Assembly: GCF_009914755.1 (NCBI RefSeq)
Contig: NC_060926.1
Strand: one strand, 5' to 3'
Source: the human T2T-CHM13v2.0 reference genome, Homo sapiens
Length of the DNA stretch: 64,000 nt
Position 1 is the first letter of the stretch, and each line of letters begins with the position of its first letter. Of the stretch, positions 41,438 through 57,812 are shown in pieces. The notes below the pieces were generated by a model. The model was not told where the DNA came from, did no database searches, and saw only the letters and a list, made by a program, of their open reading frames with translations. The position numbers and the translations under genes were made by a program.

Positions 41438-44303
41438 CTGAAATTTTTATTTTCCAAATCCCAAAAAAGCTGGAGACGGTCAACTGGCCAGGCAGGGCTG
41501 CACCTCCAGGGAGAAGCCTTAGGAAGTGGGCTGCACTTCCCAGAAGGCTGTTCACGGATGTGAAGGTCATCTCAGGAGCAGGGGTTTTGGATGACTCCTG
41601 AGATAGGAGGCTGGGTATAAGGACACTGCCTTGGTGAGAAGCAGTGTGTGTTCCATGTGATACCATCCCACAACTCCTCAAGCCTTCAGTGAAGTTATGA
41701 AATTCACAAAATCGCTATTGTAATAGAATTTCCTGCAGAAAATGATGAGAGGAGTTAAGGTGAGCCTCCTAGCTGCCAGGGATTCTGGAGACAAAACACA
41801 TGCAGAAGGAATAGACAAGCCCAAGGCAAGTAAGTGTTATATTTGCATAAACCTTAAGGAGGGTCTTTAGACTCATACTGGGAGGGAAGTTGAGAGTTTG
41901 GGTTAGGTCAAGTTACTTAAGTCTCTGCTGGGCAGAGGGACACCCAAAGTAACATCTCAGTCATATAAGTTTGTTGGGGAGGGTTGAACAATTTTGTCGA
42001 GGTTGTACCTATCTTACTACACACTCCCCTCACCACACACTATATATATATAAAAATATATACATACATAATTATTTTGTATTTTCCAGCTAAGTGAAAG
42101 GCAAAGGCATTCAGGGTTTTTAGGCAGGGTCTTTATTTCAAGTCAGGTTAACCTGGCCAAGTTTTTTTTTCTTCTTTTCCAGTCCCTACTGTATATTTAA
42201 TTTCACAACTGACAAACCCATATTAAACTTTAAATCATGAAATTTTAAAAAACTCAATTGATGAAAGCTCATTTTCATCCAAGTTTCAGGACCATGTCAT
42301 TTGTGTAAAGTGAGGTGCACCTGTGCCAATAATTTACAGTAAGCTTTTATTTAAAGACATGCATATCACATAATTAAAAAAACCAACAGCAATAACAACA
42401 ACCTTCTCATCTCCCAGTGTAGCAGAGACCAGCAAGTATGATTGTCTCCACCTTGCAGGTGAGAAGCTGAAGCACAGTGAGACTGAATGACTTCTTCAAG
42501 TGTCCTTTGTATTCCAGAGCATCCCAGCTACTGAATACATGGTAAATCATGTAAACTCCCAAACAAGAGCAGTGAACAAATAAGCTATCATCTGTTAATA
42601 TTTATGGAGCCCTTGTGTCATGCTCATCCTATGGTGATGCTATAAATTATTAAAATAAAGATGTGCAATGCACATTCCTGGACCTAAAAATCCTATAATC
42701 TGGTTAGGGAGACCAAACTTCAACACTTAAAAGTTTACAAAGAATTTTAGAAATAAATAATAACCTTTGGAGACAATGACAGAAAAAATCCTGAGGCATT
42801 TGTGATGTGAGTAGAAAGTAGAATAAAAAATAAATTGGAGGTCAGAAGAAAGGAGAGGCCAGAACGGGCTGGAGTTGACAGAGAAGACATCATGTGGGGG
42901 AGGGAATTTAACTGGACCTTGGAGAATGGAGAGTGGTTGTAGGGTCATCTTATCATTATTGTCTTGCTTATACAAGAGCAGATGTATAAACATGGAACCT
43001 CGTGAGTTTCCATTTGAGAGGACACTTTCAGACCAAATTCTGAAAACAATTCAGACTTCTGAATTAGCGTCAGTAAGTGTTAAGGGGAGGAGGAGATGGG
43101 AAGAAATGCACTGAAAGCTAACTTTCCTAAGATCCCATTTTCCCCCCTGGCAAGAACCAGCTCTGGGGATTAGGGGAGTTTACTTAGGATTATCACAACC
43201 CTGGATCTCACACATGTTCCCTTGTGCCTCAGATCTCTGGACTTGTGACATGAATGAATCCTCCAGCTGCCCTAGTTCTTGATGCTCTATTATAGTTTGC
43301 TCTTCCATGAGGTAAAAGTAAGAGAACTCTTTCCTAAACCTGTGCATTTTCCAAAATGTTCACTTCAGAGTTTCCTGAGACAGCCTCCTGGGATTGGCAA
43401 ACACTGTGGCCTGCATAGAATCACGGCAGGGCAGGGTGTTGCTACCACTCATTTCTCAACTGGAAATCTGGTGGGCAAGAGCTATAAGAATAGATAGCTT
43501 AGAGACTCTACCCATCTGAAGACTGGATGGTCAGTTGGTGGGTGTAAAAAGTTGTTGAGTCCTCTGGACTCACTGGGTCCATTCTGGGCAGTGAACTTAC
43601 TTACATCGGAACAACTTTTCAAGAATAGGTCCCTGGCATCCGTAACCAGAACTCAGCAGGCTCCGAACTTGTCCATTCTCTCGCAGGCTTTCCCAAATAC
43701 ACACCCTTGCCCTTTGTTATTCCTGAACACAAATGCCTTATTCCCTTATTATCTCATACAGTGAGGTTAGGTGACCCATAGAGAAGAACTTATTTGTAAG
43801 TATGTAGCCAACCTTGTTAGTAAGAAATAAAAATGCTGGTGTCAGAAATTAAGAGAATCTACAGAGGTGGAAGTATTTACATTTCATGAGCAATCTCATT
43901 ACTTTAGAGTACGGATTTTAACAACTGTCAAGGAGGATGGCCAAGTGTCGAAGTCTCTTGTACATGGAGACAGGTTATACCTGGTCTTCCTACAGAGCAT
44001 GGGTCAGGCCTTCATCCCTGGGTTATGAATGTCAAAAGAGTCAGCTAAGAGAACCCAAAATCCTTATTCTGTGCTACCGATGCAGGCTCAATTTCTCACA
44101 ATATTCTTATGATATAGAAGCCCTGAGCCAAGCTTATAAACTAAATATTTGCATGGAATCAGAGAATCCTGTTGAAACCCCAGCAAAGAAAGCTATGGAA
44201 AATCTCCATGGAGTCATCTTCACAATCTAGGACACAAAGCAAAATAGACTTCAAGTGTGTTTTAAAATGTTCAAAGAAAGAGAGGAAGGAATAGAACTTG
44301 TAA

Positions 44304-44634
<331 letters not shown>

Positions 44635-44689
44635 AGGACATTATTTTTTTTTAAAGGAGGAATTTGAAAAAGAATCATGCCAGACTGTA

Positions 44690-45258
44690 TCTTCCAAAGT
44701 TTCTTGCCGATAGTGGCCACAACAATGCTTTCCTATCTTACATGCTTTTCTTATAATGTGTACTTATATTTTTTCTATTAAGAGGTAGGGTCCCCTCCCT
44801 TGAGGGACATGCTTATGACTCTGTTGTGATTAATAGAATGTGGTATAAGTGATGCTGTGTGATTTCTGAGGCTAGATAGAAATGTGAGTCCATTTTTGCT
44901 TGCTTACTGGATCACTTGTGCTGGAGCTCTAAACTACTGTGTAAGGAGTCCACCTGCTTGGAGATTGTCACATGTGAGGAAGCCAAAATTAGCCCATGCA
45001 AAGAGACCACACATAGAGAGGTGCTGTAACTGCAGAGAGGAAAAGAGCTATCTGGCCACTCCCCAACTTCTCCAGTCCTCTGCTCTTCCCGCTGTAGGCA
45101 TAGTCTGACTGCAATTACTTAAGAGACCCTAAGGCAAAACCTCTAGCTGAGCCCTTTTTGAATTCCTAACCCAAAAAATCATGAGCAAAATAAAATGATT
45201 GTTTTAGGCTGCTAAATTTTGAGGTAATTTGTTATGCAGTAATAAATAATTGGAACAT
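44690..45258 (+). mobile_element. MLT1 (F/G/H-like) MaLR LTR
   Basis: TGGCCACAACA..GAATGTGGTATAAGTGATGCTGTGTGATTTCTGAGGCTAG..GTAATTTGTTATGCAGTAATAAATAATTGGAACA. Confidence 0.75.
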
Positions 45259-46170
45259 ATAGAAATTCTAGAAGTTAAAAATTTGAGGAAACCAATGAAT
45301 AGGTTAAATAATAACTTAGATTAGTTGAAGAGAAATGACAGAATTAGATATATTCTAATCGCACAGACTGGAGAGAGAAAAGATAGAAAAAGTTAAAAGG
45401 AAATTAAGAGACATGGAGTTTGAAATAAAAGGTTACATTATACTTCTAGTAGGGATTGCAGAGAAAGACAATAGAGAAAGGAGGACAGAAAGTTTTGAAG
45501 AGACAATGGCTGAAAATTTTCCTGAATCGAAAACATGATTCCTCAGGCAGAAATTGCACAAATAATTGAGTAGAATAAGTAAAAATAAATCGAGATCTAG
45601 ACATGGTATAGTAGACATATAAAAAGTCATGTGAAAAGAGAAAATCTTAAAGCTTTATGATGGAAAACACAGATTATCTATTCAGTTAAGCAATACGAAA
45701 TATAGATCAATTGTAATTTAAAAATGATTTAGTAGGACTTGTACTTATGCGTATGAAGGATTAACTGCTATGGGAATTGCCCTCCCTATGTAAATAGCTA
45801 GAAAACCAGATAAAATGTATTAACCCAAATGTTCACTAATTTGTGAACAAATAAACCGATTGTGATTTATCCACACAGTGGAATAATAGTCTGCAATAAA
45901 AAGGCACTAAATAACATGAACGAACCTCAAAAGCATTATGCTAAACGAAAGGAACAAGATACAAAAGAGCATATGCTGTATGAGTCCACGTATGTGAAAT
46001 TCCAGAAAATTCAATCTAATCTTTAGTGACTAAAAGAAGATTAGTGGTTGCCAGGAGTCAGAGGGGAGAAGAGGGACTAGAATATAAAGGGTCAGGAGGG
46101 AATATTTTTGGATGATGGAAATATTTTATACCTTGATTATGATGATGGTTATTTTACTGTACATTTATCA

Positions 46171-46472
<302 letters not shown>

Positions 46473-46674
46473 AGGTAGATTTTATTGTTTGTAAATTTAC
46501 CTCAATAAAACATGGTCAAATACTAGAAATTTTATATGGTTCAACTGGCTAGAAACACAGAATGACAGCAGACTTTTCATCTGTAACAATAGATGCTGAG
46601 AGACCATAAATAATATTTTCAAAGCCCTAAGAAAAAAAATAGTATCCACGTACGAGTCTTTAGCTAGTTAAATG

Positions 46675-46862
46675 AGGAGTTTTCCAACATTAGTGATTTT
46701 GCATCAAAATCATCTGGAGGGTTTATAAAAATGCAGATTGCAGAGGCAATCCCTGGAATTTCTGCTTCAGTAGGTCTTGGGTGGGCTGAGAATATACCTG
46801 TCTAATAAGTTCCCATGTATTTCAGATTCAGCTATGAAAGGAACTATACTTGAGAACCACCA
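46675..46862. mobile_element. MER5A-like hAT MITE
   Basis: GCATCAAAATCATCTGGAGGG..AAAATGCAGATTG..CAGTAGGTCTTGGGTGGG..ACTTGAGAACCAC. Confidence 0.75.
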
Positions 46863-47306
46863 AGATAAACCATCACGTGAGGGGGCTAAAAAAGAAAAAC
46901 TTCAGCCTTACAACAGCTAAGAGAGTTTAGCACCTACACACCCTCTCTGAAAGAACTAGTAAGAGCTTCTTCAGTATAAAAAAGACCAAATCAGAGCCAG
47001 TGAAAGGGAGGTAAGAAGCCCTTCTTTAAATATTACCGACACATCTCTCCCACCAAATTGCCAAAACAGCATTCTCTGGAGGAAAGAGAGTCTCTTTTAT
47101 TCCATCCCGTAGAAGGTTCCCTCCCACTTGCCAAGAATACGTTGAATCACTTCTTATGGCAATAAAAAAGCAGAAAGGAAGGGAAGATTTGTTCTCTTAC
47201 CCTTAATAGACTGAGAATTATCTTCTTGCTATAAATGTAAGAAGCAGTTAGCCATCAGTAGGAGAGACCAATCAGGGTATACGTTATAGAAGCCAGACCT
47301 TTTATG

Positions 47307-48365
47307 TAGTGGCAAAACAAGTGTGGGGTGGCGGGAGTGATCCCTGGGTGCAGGCCATAAAAGGTGCATTTTCTCTAGGGAATCCAAAAACAATAATAGA
47401 GTCAAGCTAAAGTAGATATACTTACTATTATCACTACATGTCATCAATTCTAAATAACGTCAGTGATAAAATACCCTTCCCCAGTAAAATATTTTGTTTG
47501 GTCTAAGTTCTAAACAATTGCTGAAGTTATCTGTTAAATTTTAATAATTTATGCAAACTTCAAATTAACACATTTTTATTACTTATCCTTTATCAATATT
47601 ATATTAAACATGATAGCTAATATGGAGAGTTGCCAGTTATACAGTTGGCTCCAAATATATTCAGACTTAGGTACGTGCTTTTGTTTTAAGAGTAAGTTAG
47701 TAATGGTTCAAAATCATGTGAACTTGCTTTGTGTCTCCAACTCAAGAGATATTACACATTCCTACATTTAAGTAGTAGATTAGAAATAAATGGTCATACC
47801 AAAGTGATTATAAAAACAAAGAAACAAACTTGAGTTACTAAAATTGCATCTTTCTATGTAACCATTTAGACTTCTAAATTATTTTGGAAATTTAAATCAG
47901 TGGAACAAGATATAAAATTTGGGGTGATATATTTTGTTTAATAAGTGCAAATTTTAGTTTACTCATTTTTTTTACCAACTAATGTCTTTAAAATGAAAAT
48001 TTCTGCCTTTTGAGTTTTTCTGTTGTTTTAAACTGTGTCATTATTCATTATTGTAAAACACCAATATGTAAGTATAAATTTTTCCAAATCTTTGACTCCA
48101 AAAATGTGTTATAATCAAAAAGAGTTAATCTATTACTGATTTCCTTTTATGCATTACAATATTTATATGCAGTATTTACTTTTTTACTGGGATGTATGTG
48201 CATACATACATACATATATCCATACACATTTAAATAAAATAAAACCCCCGTTATCTGTGTTTTTTTTCTAGCCATCATGATTATTTGTTCAATTTCATGA
48301 TTACTACTGAAAGCAATTTTGTCATATAGAGGAGATGTTAAAAATGACCTGCTCTGGTGTGGGCA
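47307..48365. mobile_element. hAT-Blackjack (MER63-like) DNA transposon
   Basis: AGTGGCAAAACAAGTGTGGGG..CCTGGGTGCAGGCCATAAAAGGTGCATT..AAAAACAATAATA..GTCAGTGATAAAATAC. Confidence 0.65.
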
Positions 48366-48948
48366 GATAGGAGTAGGTGTATGTGCCTTCCAGTAATGAT
48401 CTCCTGGACACTGGGCCCAACTCTTTCAACAAAAAGGACAGAAAAATGGAAATAAATTTAATTTTGTGATTTTAACTCACTGCATTAAGTGAGAAAGCAT
48501 CCCTTTAACTCCAGGGAATATGGGGTGGTGGCAGTGATGGGTTGGAAATGGGGAGCTGATATTGTAGCAATGGTGGTGATGTACTGGCCGCTGCACAGGG
48601 AGGCTATGCACAGAGAACAGCAACAGGAAACTCGCAAAAACTGAACGAACACCATTTTTACAATGGGGAATTGACTAGATGAGGGCATACACCACCTATA
48701 ATCTCTGGAAGAGAAGAGACAGGGAGGTTTGGAGGGAAATCAAAGCCAAATGTTATTTCACTTGTCCTTCAAGCCTATAAATGTCACTAAAGCAGATGAG
48801 GCTTCAGTAAACAAAAGGTTATCTTGGCTTGAAAGTAGTCTTCTCTGAGTATAGTCCTATGACAAGAATCAATTATATTTTGAGTAGCAGTAGCATGAAA
48901 GATATATCGTATTTAAGAGTATATATGTGTTGACCTATTAAGAAATTA

Positions 48949-49278
<330 letters not shown>

Positions 49279-49968
49279 TTATGCAAAGGAAACTGCCAAA
49301 GGCAGCTCTCAACTTAATTTAAAAGTTGGTGAAGTTCAGCTTCTGTATCTGGCCTCATTCTGATGCTTTTAACCTCTGTTGTGCGTCCACTTTCTTTTCA
49401 CAAGGCACCCAGGGTCATCCTGTTCTCCCTGAAGGATCGTCCGTCAAAATATTTTTTACACTAAGGTCTAAAAGACTAAAAACAGCCAAATATGATCTCA
49501 TCTGGTGTATTCATTTTTTAAAAAATAAGCTTTTTATTTTGCAATAATTGTACTTTCACACACAGTTGTAAGAAATAAAACAGAGATCGGGTGCACCCTC
49601 TACTCAATTTCTTGCAAAACTAGAGAACAATATTACAACCAGGTTATTGAAATTGATTATCAAGATACAGAACATTTCCATCAACACAAATATCCCTCAT
49701 GCTTGTCCTTTGAGAGCTTCACCCCCTTCCCTCCTGCCCCATCCCTTCCTTAACTCCTGGCAACCACAGATCTGTTCTCCATTTCTGTAATTTTTTCATG
49801 TCAGGAATGTTATATGAATAGAATTATATGGTATGTAGCCTGTGGGGATTGGCTTTTTTCACTCAGTATAATTCTCTGAAGATTCATCCAGGTTGTGTGT
49901 GTCAGTAGTTTACTCCTTTTTATTGCTGAGTAGTATCCATGGTATGGATATATCACATTTGGTTGGAC

Positions 49969-50652
49969 TTTTTTTTAAAATTTATTTTACTTTAAGTTCT
50001 GGGTACATGTGCAGAACATGCAGTTTTGTTACATAGGTATACATGTGCCATGGTGGTTTGCTGCACCTATCAACCCGTTATCTAGGTTTTAAGCCCCACA
50101 TGCATTAGGTATTTGTCCTAATGCTCTCCCTTCCCTTGTCCCCTACCCCCGACAGGCCCCCATGTGTAATTCTCCCCTCCCTGTGTCCATGTGTTCTCAC
50201 TGTTTAACTCTCACTTATGAGTGAGAACATGAGTGTTTGGTTTTCTGTTCCTGTGTTAGTTTGCTGAGAATGATGGTTTCCAGCTTCATCCATGTCCCTG
50301 CAAAGGACATGAACTTATTCTTTTTTACAGCTGCACAGTATTCCATGGCATATATGTGCCACATTTTCTTTATCCAGTCTATCATTGATGGGCATTTGGG
50401 TGGGTTCCAAGTCTTTGCTATTGTAAATAGTGCTGCAATAAACATACGTGTGCATGTGTCTTTATAGTAGAATGATTTATAATCCTTTGGGTATATACCC
50501 AGTAATGAGATTGCTGGGTCAAATAATATTTCTGGTTCTAGATCCTTGAGAAATTGCCACACTGACTCCCACAATGGTTGAACTAATTTACACTCCCACC
50601 AACAGTGTAAAAGCATTCTGATTTCTCCACAGCCTCACCAGCATCTGTTGTT
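49969..50652 (-). mobile_element. L1PA (primate L1) 3' end
   Basis: TTTAAGTTCTGGGTACATGTGCAGAAC; the ORF at 50215-50616 is the L1 ORF2 C-terminus ([41 protein letters not shown]). Confidence 0.95.
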
Positions 50653-50927
50653 GTTGAACTATTTACTTGTTGAAAGACATTTGTGTTCTTCCAGTTTTTG
50701 AGCATTATGAATACAGTTGTTAGAAACTTTCATGTGCCAGTTTTTATGTAGACATACATTTTCATTTTACCGGAACAAATGAGTAAGAGTTCAGTTTTTT
50801 GGTCATGTGACATTTGGGTGTTTTGGTTTTTTTTTTAAGAAACTGCCAAATTATTTTCCAGAGTGGCTGTATCATTGTGCTTTCTCACCAGCAATGTACG
50901 GGTAATCCAGTTTCTCCACATTTTTAG

Positions 50928-51413
<486 letters not shown>

Positions 51414-51466
51414 TCTCCTGCTCGTTTTGTGATCGGATTGTTGGTTTATTTACTGTTCAGTTTTGA

Positions 51467-51650
<184 letters not shown>

Positions 51651-53684
51651 TTGTTTTGAGAGTTCTTTGTAGTTCTAGATATTAGTCTCTTGTCAGGTAT
51701 GTGGTTTGCAAATATATTCTCCCAGCATGAGGCCTGCCTTTTCATCCTCATAACCGTCTTTCACAGAGCATATGTGTTAAAATTTTTATGAATTTCAATT
51801 TATCACCTTTTCTTTTTATGGATTGTGCTGGTGGGGGCTCTAAGATAGGGCCAAGGTTTTGTTTTTTTCTGAGGTGTTTGGCTGCAGCACAGCAGTTATT
51901 GTCTAAAAGTTTTCTGTCTTCCTAGTCCTTAGCTAGGTTTTTCTCCACACGTCTTAGGTCTGTGCTCATTGGCATTTCCATGTTGCCATTGTCTTTAGTA
52001 CCCAATCTGGGACATATAAGGCAAAAAGAAAACTGAGGGAACTCACCCCCATGTCACTCCTTGGGTCTTGAGCTCCCTAGTCTCTACCTTCTTCTCTCTA
52101 CCACTCAGAGTTCTTTTGTTTTTTTATACATTATCTAGAGTTTTAGTTGTACTTAATGGGAAGAATAGGGAAAAGTGTATCTACTCCATCTTCCCCAAAG
52201 AAAAAATTCTGCATTTAATTTTTATTAGGAATTTAGAAATAAAGTCAGATATAGGAATTTGGGATGTCAGATTTTTAAAAATAATAAGGCCAGTCTTAGT
52301 AAACTCTAAGAACACAGTTCCTTTGAAGTCAAAGTCAGGTTCATGGAGATGGATGTACACACAGAGGATTCACAGATCTAACTTAACACATTAAGACAAG
52401 CCACAGATAAGTAGGGAAATGTGTATGTTAATACAGGTCAAGAATAGTTGCTTTTAAGGCAGGCTGAACCAAGTCAAAATAGAGGAAGTAACTATAGGAG
52501 TGTCATGAGCAGAGCTCTTTCTTTGCATCAATCTGGGAAGGCTATCTAGAGGAAATAATGTTTCAAGAGTTGCTTTACAGTATGGGAAAAGGATTTGCCA
52601 ACTGGATGATTAAAAAATCTGCAAGATGTGATATTTTCTAGTGCATTTCAAATTTCAGATATTTTGGGTTTTTGTCTCTTAAAGTTTCACTTATTTTTTT
52701 TTTCCGTTTTCCACTACTCTTCATTTTATGCATGTTTTCAACTACCTGATTAAATGAATGGAACATATTTATCACAGTGTTTCTCTGTGGAAAAAGCACT
52801 GAGTAGAAAATGGGTTGTGGAGGAGCTTTGAGATAAGTTGAAGAAGGTGATTGGGATGTAAAAGGTGAGAGAAAAAAGGTAAAATTAGACTCAGAAGTTT
52901 TCAGATGAAAATCCATGTGCGTGCACACCTATACATACATTTTTTTGCAGAACGATTTGAGAACATATTATAGACAGCGCCCTTTATCCCTAAATATTTC
53001 AGCCTGTCTTTTCTCAGCAAAATGTATAATTACTATCCAATAATCAAATTCAGGAATTTAACACTGATAACAGTACTATTATCTAATATTCAGTATATAT
53101 TCAAAAGTTGAACATTCAAATTTTGCAAATTTCTCCAATAATGTCCTTTATAGTAATTTCCTTTTCCCTCTAATTTACCATCCAATCTATGATTGTGTAT
53201 TGCATTTAATTATCAGGTTTCTCTAGTCTTTAATCTGTAACAGCTTCTTAACCTTTCTTTGTCTTTTACGACATTAATATTTTTGAAGACTATGAGCAAG
53301 TTGTTTTGTACAGTGTCTTTCAGTTGAGGTTTGATTCCAGATGATTACATTCAAGTAATATATCTTTGGCATGAATACTACATAAGTGATGTGTGTCCTT
53401 TTTAGTATCAGGAAATGCATAATGTCAATTTATCTCATTATTGGTGATAACTTTGATTACTTGGTTAAGATAATGTCCCCCAGAGGTTTCTCAGCTGTAA
53501 AGTTATCATTTCTCTCTTTATAATTAATGAGTACTCATTTCTGGCATGCTTTTCTCTCTTGTGTAAATCCAAATTTCCACCTCTTACCATTTTCCATCTG
53601 CCTGAAAATTTTTGTTTATCATTTTTTATAGGAAAGATCTGCTGTAAATAAATTGTCTCAACTTTGTGTAAAAATGTCTTTATT

Positions 53685-54010
53685 GGCTGGGTGCAGTGGC
53701 TCATGCCTGTAATCCCAGCACTCTGGGAGGCTGAGGCAGGTGGATCACTTGAGGTCAAAAGTTCAAGACCAGCCTGGCCAACATGGGGGAAACCCTGTCT
53801 CTACTAAAAATACAAAAATTAGCCAGTCATGGTGGCGCACACCTCTAATTCCAGCTATGTGAGAGGCTGAAGCACGAGAGTCGCTTGAACCTGGGAAGCA
53901 GGGGTTGCAGTGAGCCAAGATTACATGACTGCACTGCAGCCTGGGTGATGGAGTGAGATTCTGTCTCAAAAAAATAAAAATAAAAATAAATAAAAATTAA
54001 AAAAATAAAA
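53685..54010 (+). mobile_element. Alu (S-type), copy 1 of a tandem duplication
   Basis: Full dimer; TSD AAAAAT(G/A)TCTTTA. Confidence 0.95.
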
Positions 54011-54059
54011 ATATCTTTACCTTCATTTTTGAAATACAGCTTTGTTGGAGAAATAATTC

Positions 54060-54340
54060 ACTTTGGGAGGCTGAGGCAGGTGGATCACTTGAGGTCAAAA
54101 GTTCAAGACCAGCCTGGCCAACATGGCAAAATCCTGTCTCTACTAAAAATACAAACATTAGCCAGCTATGGTGGTGCACACCTCTAATTCCAGCTACTTG
54201 GGAGGCTGAAGCATGAGAATTGGTTGAACCTGGAAGTGGAGGTTACAGTGAGCCGAGATTGCATGACTGCACTGCAGCCTAGGTGATGGAGTGAGACTCT
54301 GTCTCAAAAAAATAAAAATAAAAATAAATTTTAAAACTAA
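54060..54340 (+). mobile_element. Alu, copy 2 of a tandem duplication
   Basis: Shares private substitutions with copy 1 and is followed by the same L1 flank. Confidence 0.9.
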
Positions 54341-54511
54341 AAATGTCTTTACCTTCATTTTTGAAATGCAGTTTTGTTGGAGAAAGAATTCTAGGTTTTT
54401 AGTTTTCTTCTTTCAGTAAAGATGCTTCTCCATTGTCTTCTGGATTGCATAGTTTCTGATGAGAAATATGTTGTAATTCTTAGTGTGTATCATGCCTTTC
54501 CTTTTATTCCC

Positions 54512-54768
54512 TTTTTTTGAGATGGAGTCTTACTCTGCCACTCAGGCTGGAGTGCAGTAGTGCAATCTCGGCTCACTGCAACCTCCAGTTCTTGGGTTCT
54601 TGGGATTACAGGTGTGTGGCACCACGCCTGGCAAATTTTTGTATTTTTAGTAGAGACAGGGTTTTGCTGTCTTGGCCAGGCTGGTCTCAAACTTCTGACC
54701 TAAAGTGATCTGCCCACCTCTGCCTCCCAAAGTGCTGGAATTATAGGCATGAGCCACTGTTCCTGGCC
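54512..54768 (-). mobile_element. Alu with internal deletion
   Basis: Antisense dimer; TSD-like TATCATGCCTTT. Confidence 0.9.
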
Positions 54769-56302
54769 ATATCATGCCTTTTCTTAATTCATTTGAAATT
54801 TTCTCTTTATTTCTAGTTTTCAGAAATTTGATTATAATGTTCTTTGGCATGGTTTTCTTCAGGTTTATACTGCTTCTGGAGGTGGTGGCTTAGATTATTT
54901 TAGATTTTTCTGCCTTCTAACATAAGTAATGAAAGCCACGAATTTCTCTCTAAGCATTGCTTTGCCTTCATACCATAAATTTTGATATGCTGTGTTTAAT
55001 TTTCATCCAAACCAAGATGTTTTTGAAGTTCCCTTGTGATTTCTTCAATCACCCATGGGTTATTTAGAAGTATGCTGTTTATTTTCTAACAATTTGAGAT
55101 TTTCACAATTTCTTTCTGTTGACTTCTAATTGAATTCTGTTGTGATCAAAGAACATACTTCAAATAATTTCAGTCTTTTTAAATTTATTGAAACTTGTTT
55201 TATGGCCTAACATATTGTCTATCCTGGAGAATGTTCTATAGGCACTTGAAAAAAAATGTGTATTCTGCTGTTGTTGGGGTTGTGTTCTACAAATGTCCGT
55301 TAGGTAAATTGGTAGATAGTGTTGTTCAAGTATTCTATATTCTTACTTGTTTACTGTTTAGCTCTATCAATTACTGAGAAGGGAGTATTGAAGTCTCTAA
55401 CTGTAACTGCTGAACTATTTTTTCTTTCAATTCTGTTAGTTTTTGCTTCAAGTATTTTAGAGCTCTATTATTAGGTGCATTTATACTTTTATAATTCTTG
55501 TATCTTCTTACTGATGTATTTTATCCTAATACAATAACCTTTCTAGTAATATTTCTTGTCTGAGTGTTTGTTTTGTCTGATATTAATTTGACCACTTAAG
55601 TTTCTTGTGTTTACTGTAAGTATGATATGCCTTTCATCATCTGTATTAGCTGGGTTCTCCAGAAAACAGGATATGTATACACATACATATACCTAGATAT
55701 ATGTGCTATACAATACATCTTAATTATCACAATCTACTTCAGATTAATACTGATTTAATTTCAGGAAAATATAACAACTATGCTCAAATATAACTCAATT
55801 TTCACCTCTTTTCTTTGTGCTAGTATTGTCATACATTTTAATTTATATGTGTTATAAACCCAGTAATAGTGTTATAATTATTGTTTTATACAGTCTTGTA
55901 TTTTCAAAGAAATTTAGAAAGAGAAAATATATTTATGTATATTTTATATTTTATATATTTATATATATTTATTGTAGATCATATTTCTTTATCTTTTTAA
56001 TTTGTGCACATGTTTACTATTGCTGTGCTCTTTGCCCTGTGGATTTAATTTACCACCTGGTATCATTTTCTTTTAGCCTGAAGGACTTCCTTTGGTATTT
56101 CTTGTATGAAAGGTCAGTTAGCAACACATTCCCTGAGTTTTTGATAATCTGGAAATATCCTTATTTTTAGTTTTGATGGATAGAGAATTCTTGATTAAAA
56201 AGTTTTTCTTTCAGCATTTTGAATATGTCAGTCTACTGCCTTCTGTCCTCCATTATGTCTGACGAGAAGTCAACTATTAATCATACCTTTTTTCCCATGT
56301 AA

Positions 56303-56669
<367 letters not shown>

Positions 56670-57269
56670 GGTTTCAACTTTTTTTACTATGATGTTTCTA
56701 GTGGTGGATCTTTTTTATTTTATTGTACGTGGGGTTTGTTGAACTTCTTGGATTTGAAGATTAATATTTATAATCAATCCTGGAGAATTCAGAGTATTGT
56801 TAGTTATTTCTTTAAAAGTTTTTTCTGAATATTTCTCTCTCTCCTTACCTTCTGGTGCTCCTATCACAGGTACATGGCTATGCTTGATGCTATCCCACAG
56901 GTCTTTGAGACTGGTAATTTTTCATCAATTTTTTTTTTCTTTTTATTCTTCAGATTAAAAAATTTCTGTTAATCTGTCTTCAAGTTGCTCATCGGCTAAT
57001 TCAATTTTGTTGTTGAGCCCATTTAGGGAATTTTTCATTTTAATTATTGTACTTCTCAACTCTAGAATTTCCATTTGATTCCTTTTTTAATAGATACTAT
57101 TCTTTTATTGAGAGTTATTTTTAGACATTTTCATATTTTCTTTTAATTCTTTAAATATGTTTTCTTTAATTACTTGAATATATTTACAAAGTCTTCTTAG
57201 AAGGCTTTACTCAATACAGTATCTGGGCCTATAAAGTTAGTTTCTACTGATTGATTATTTTTCCCCTGA

Positions 57270-57812
<543 letters not shown>

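Noticed and set aside
41680-42010. Possible additional ERV LTR
   Set aside because: LTR-like composition, but I could not identify termini, a TSD or a family.
50215-50616. 133-aa ORF with real protein similarity
   Set aside because: It is the L1 ORF2 C-terminus within a truncated L1PA, not a host gene.
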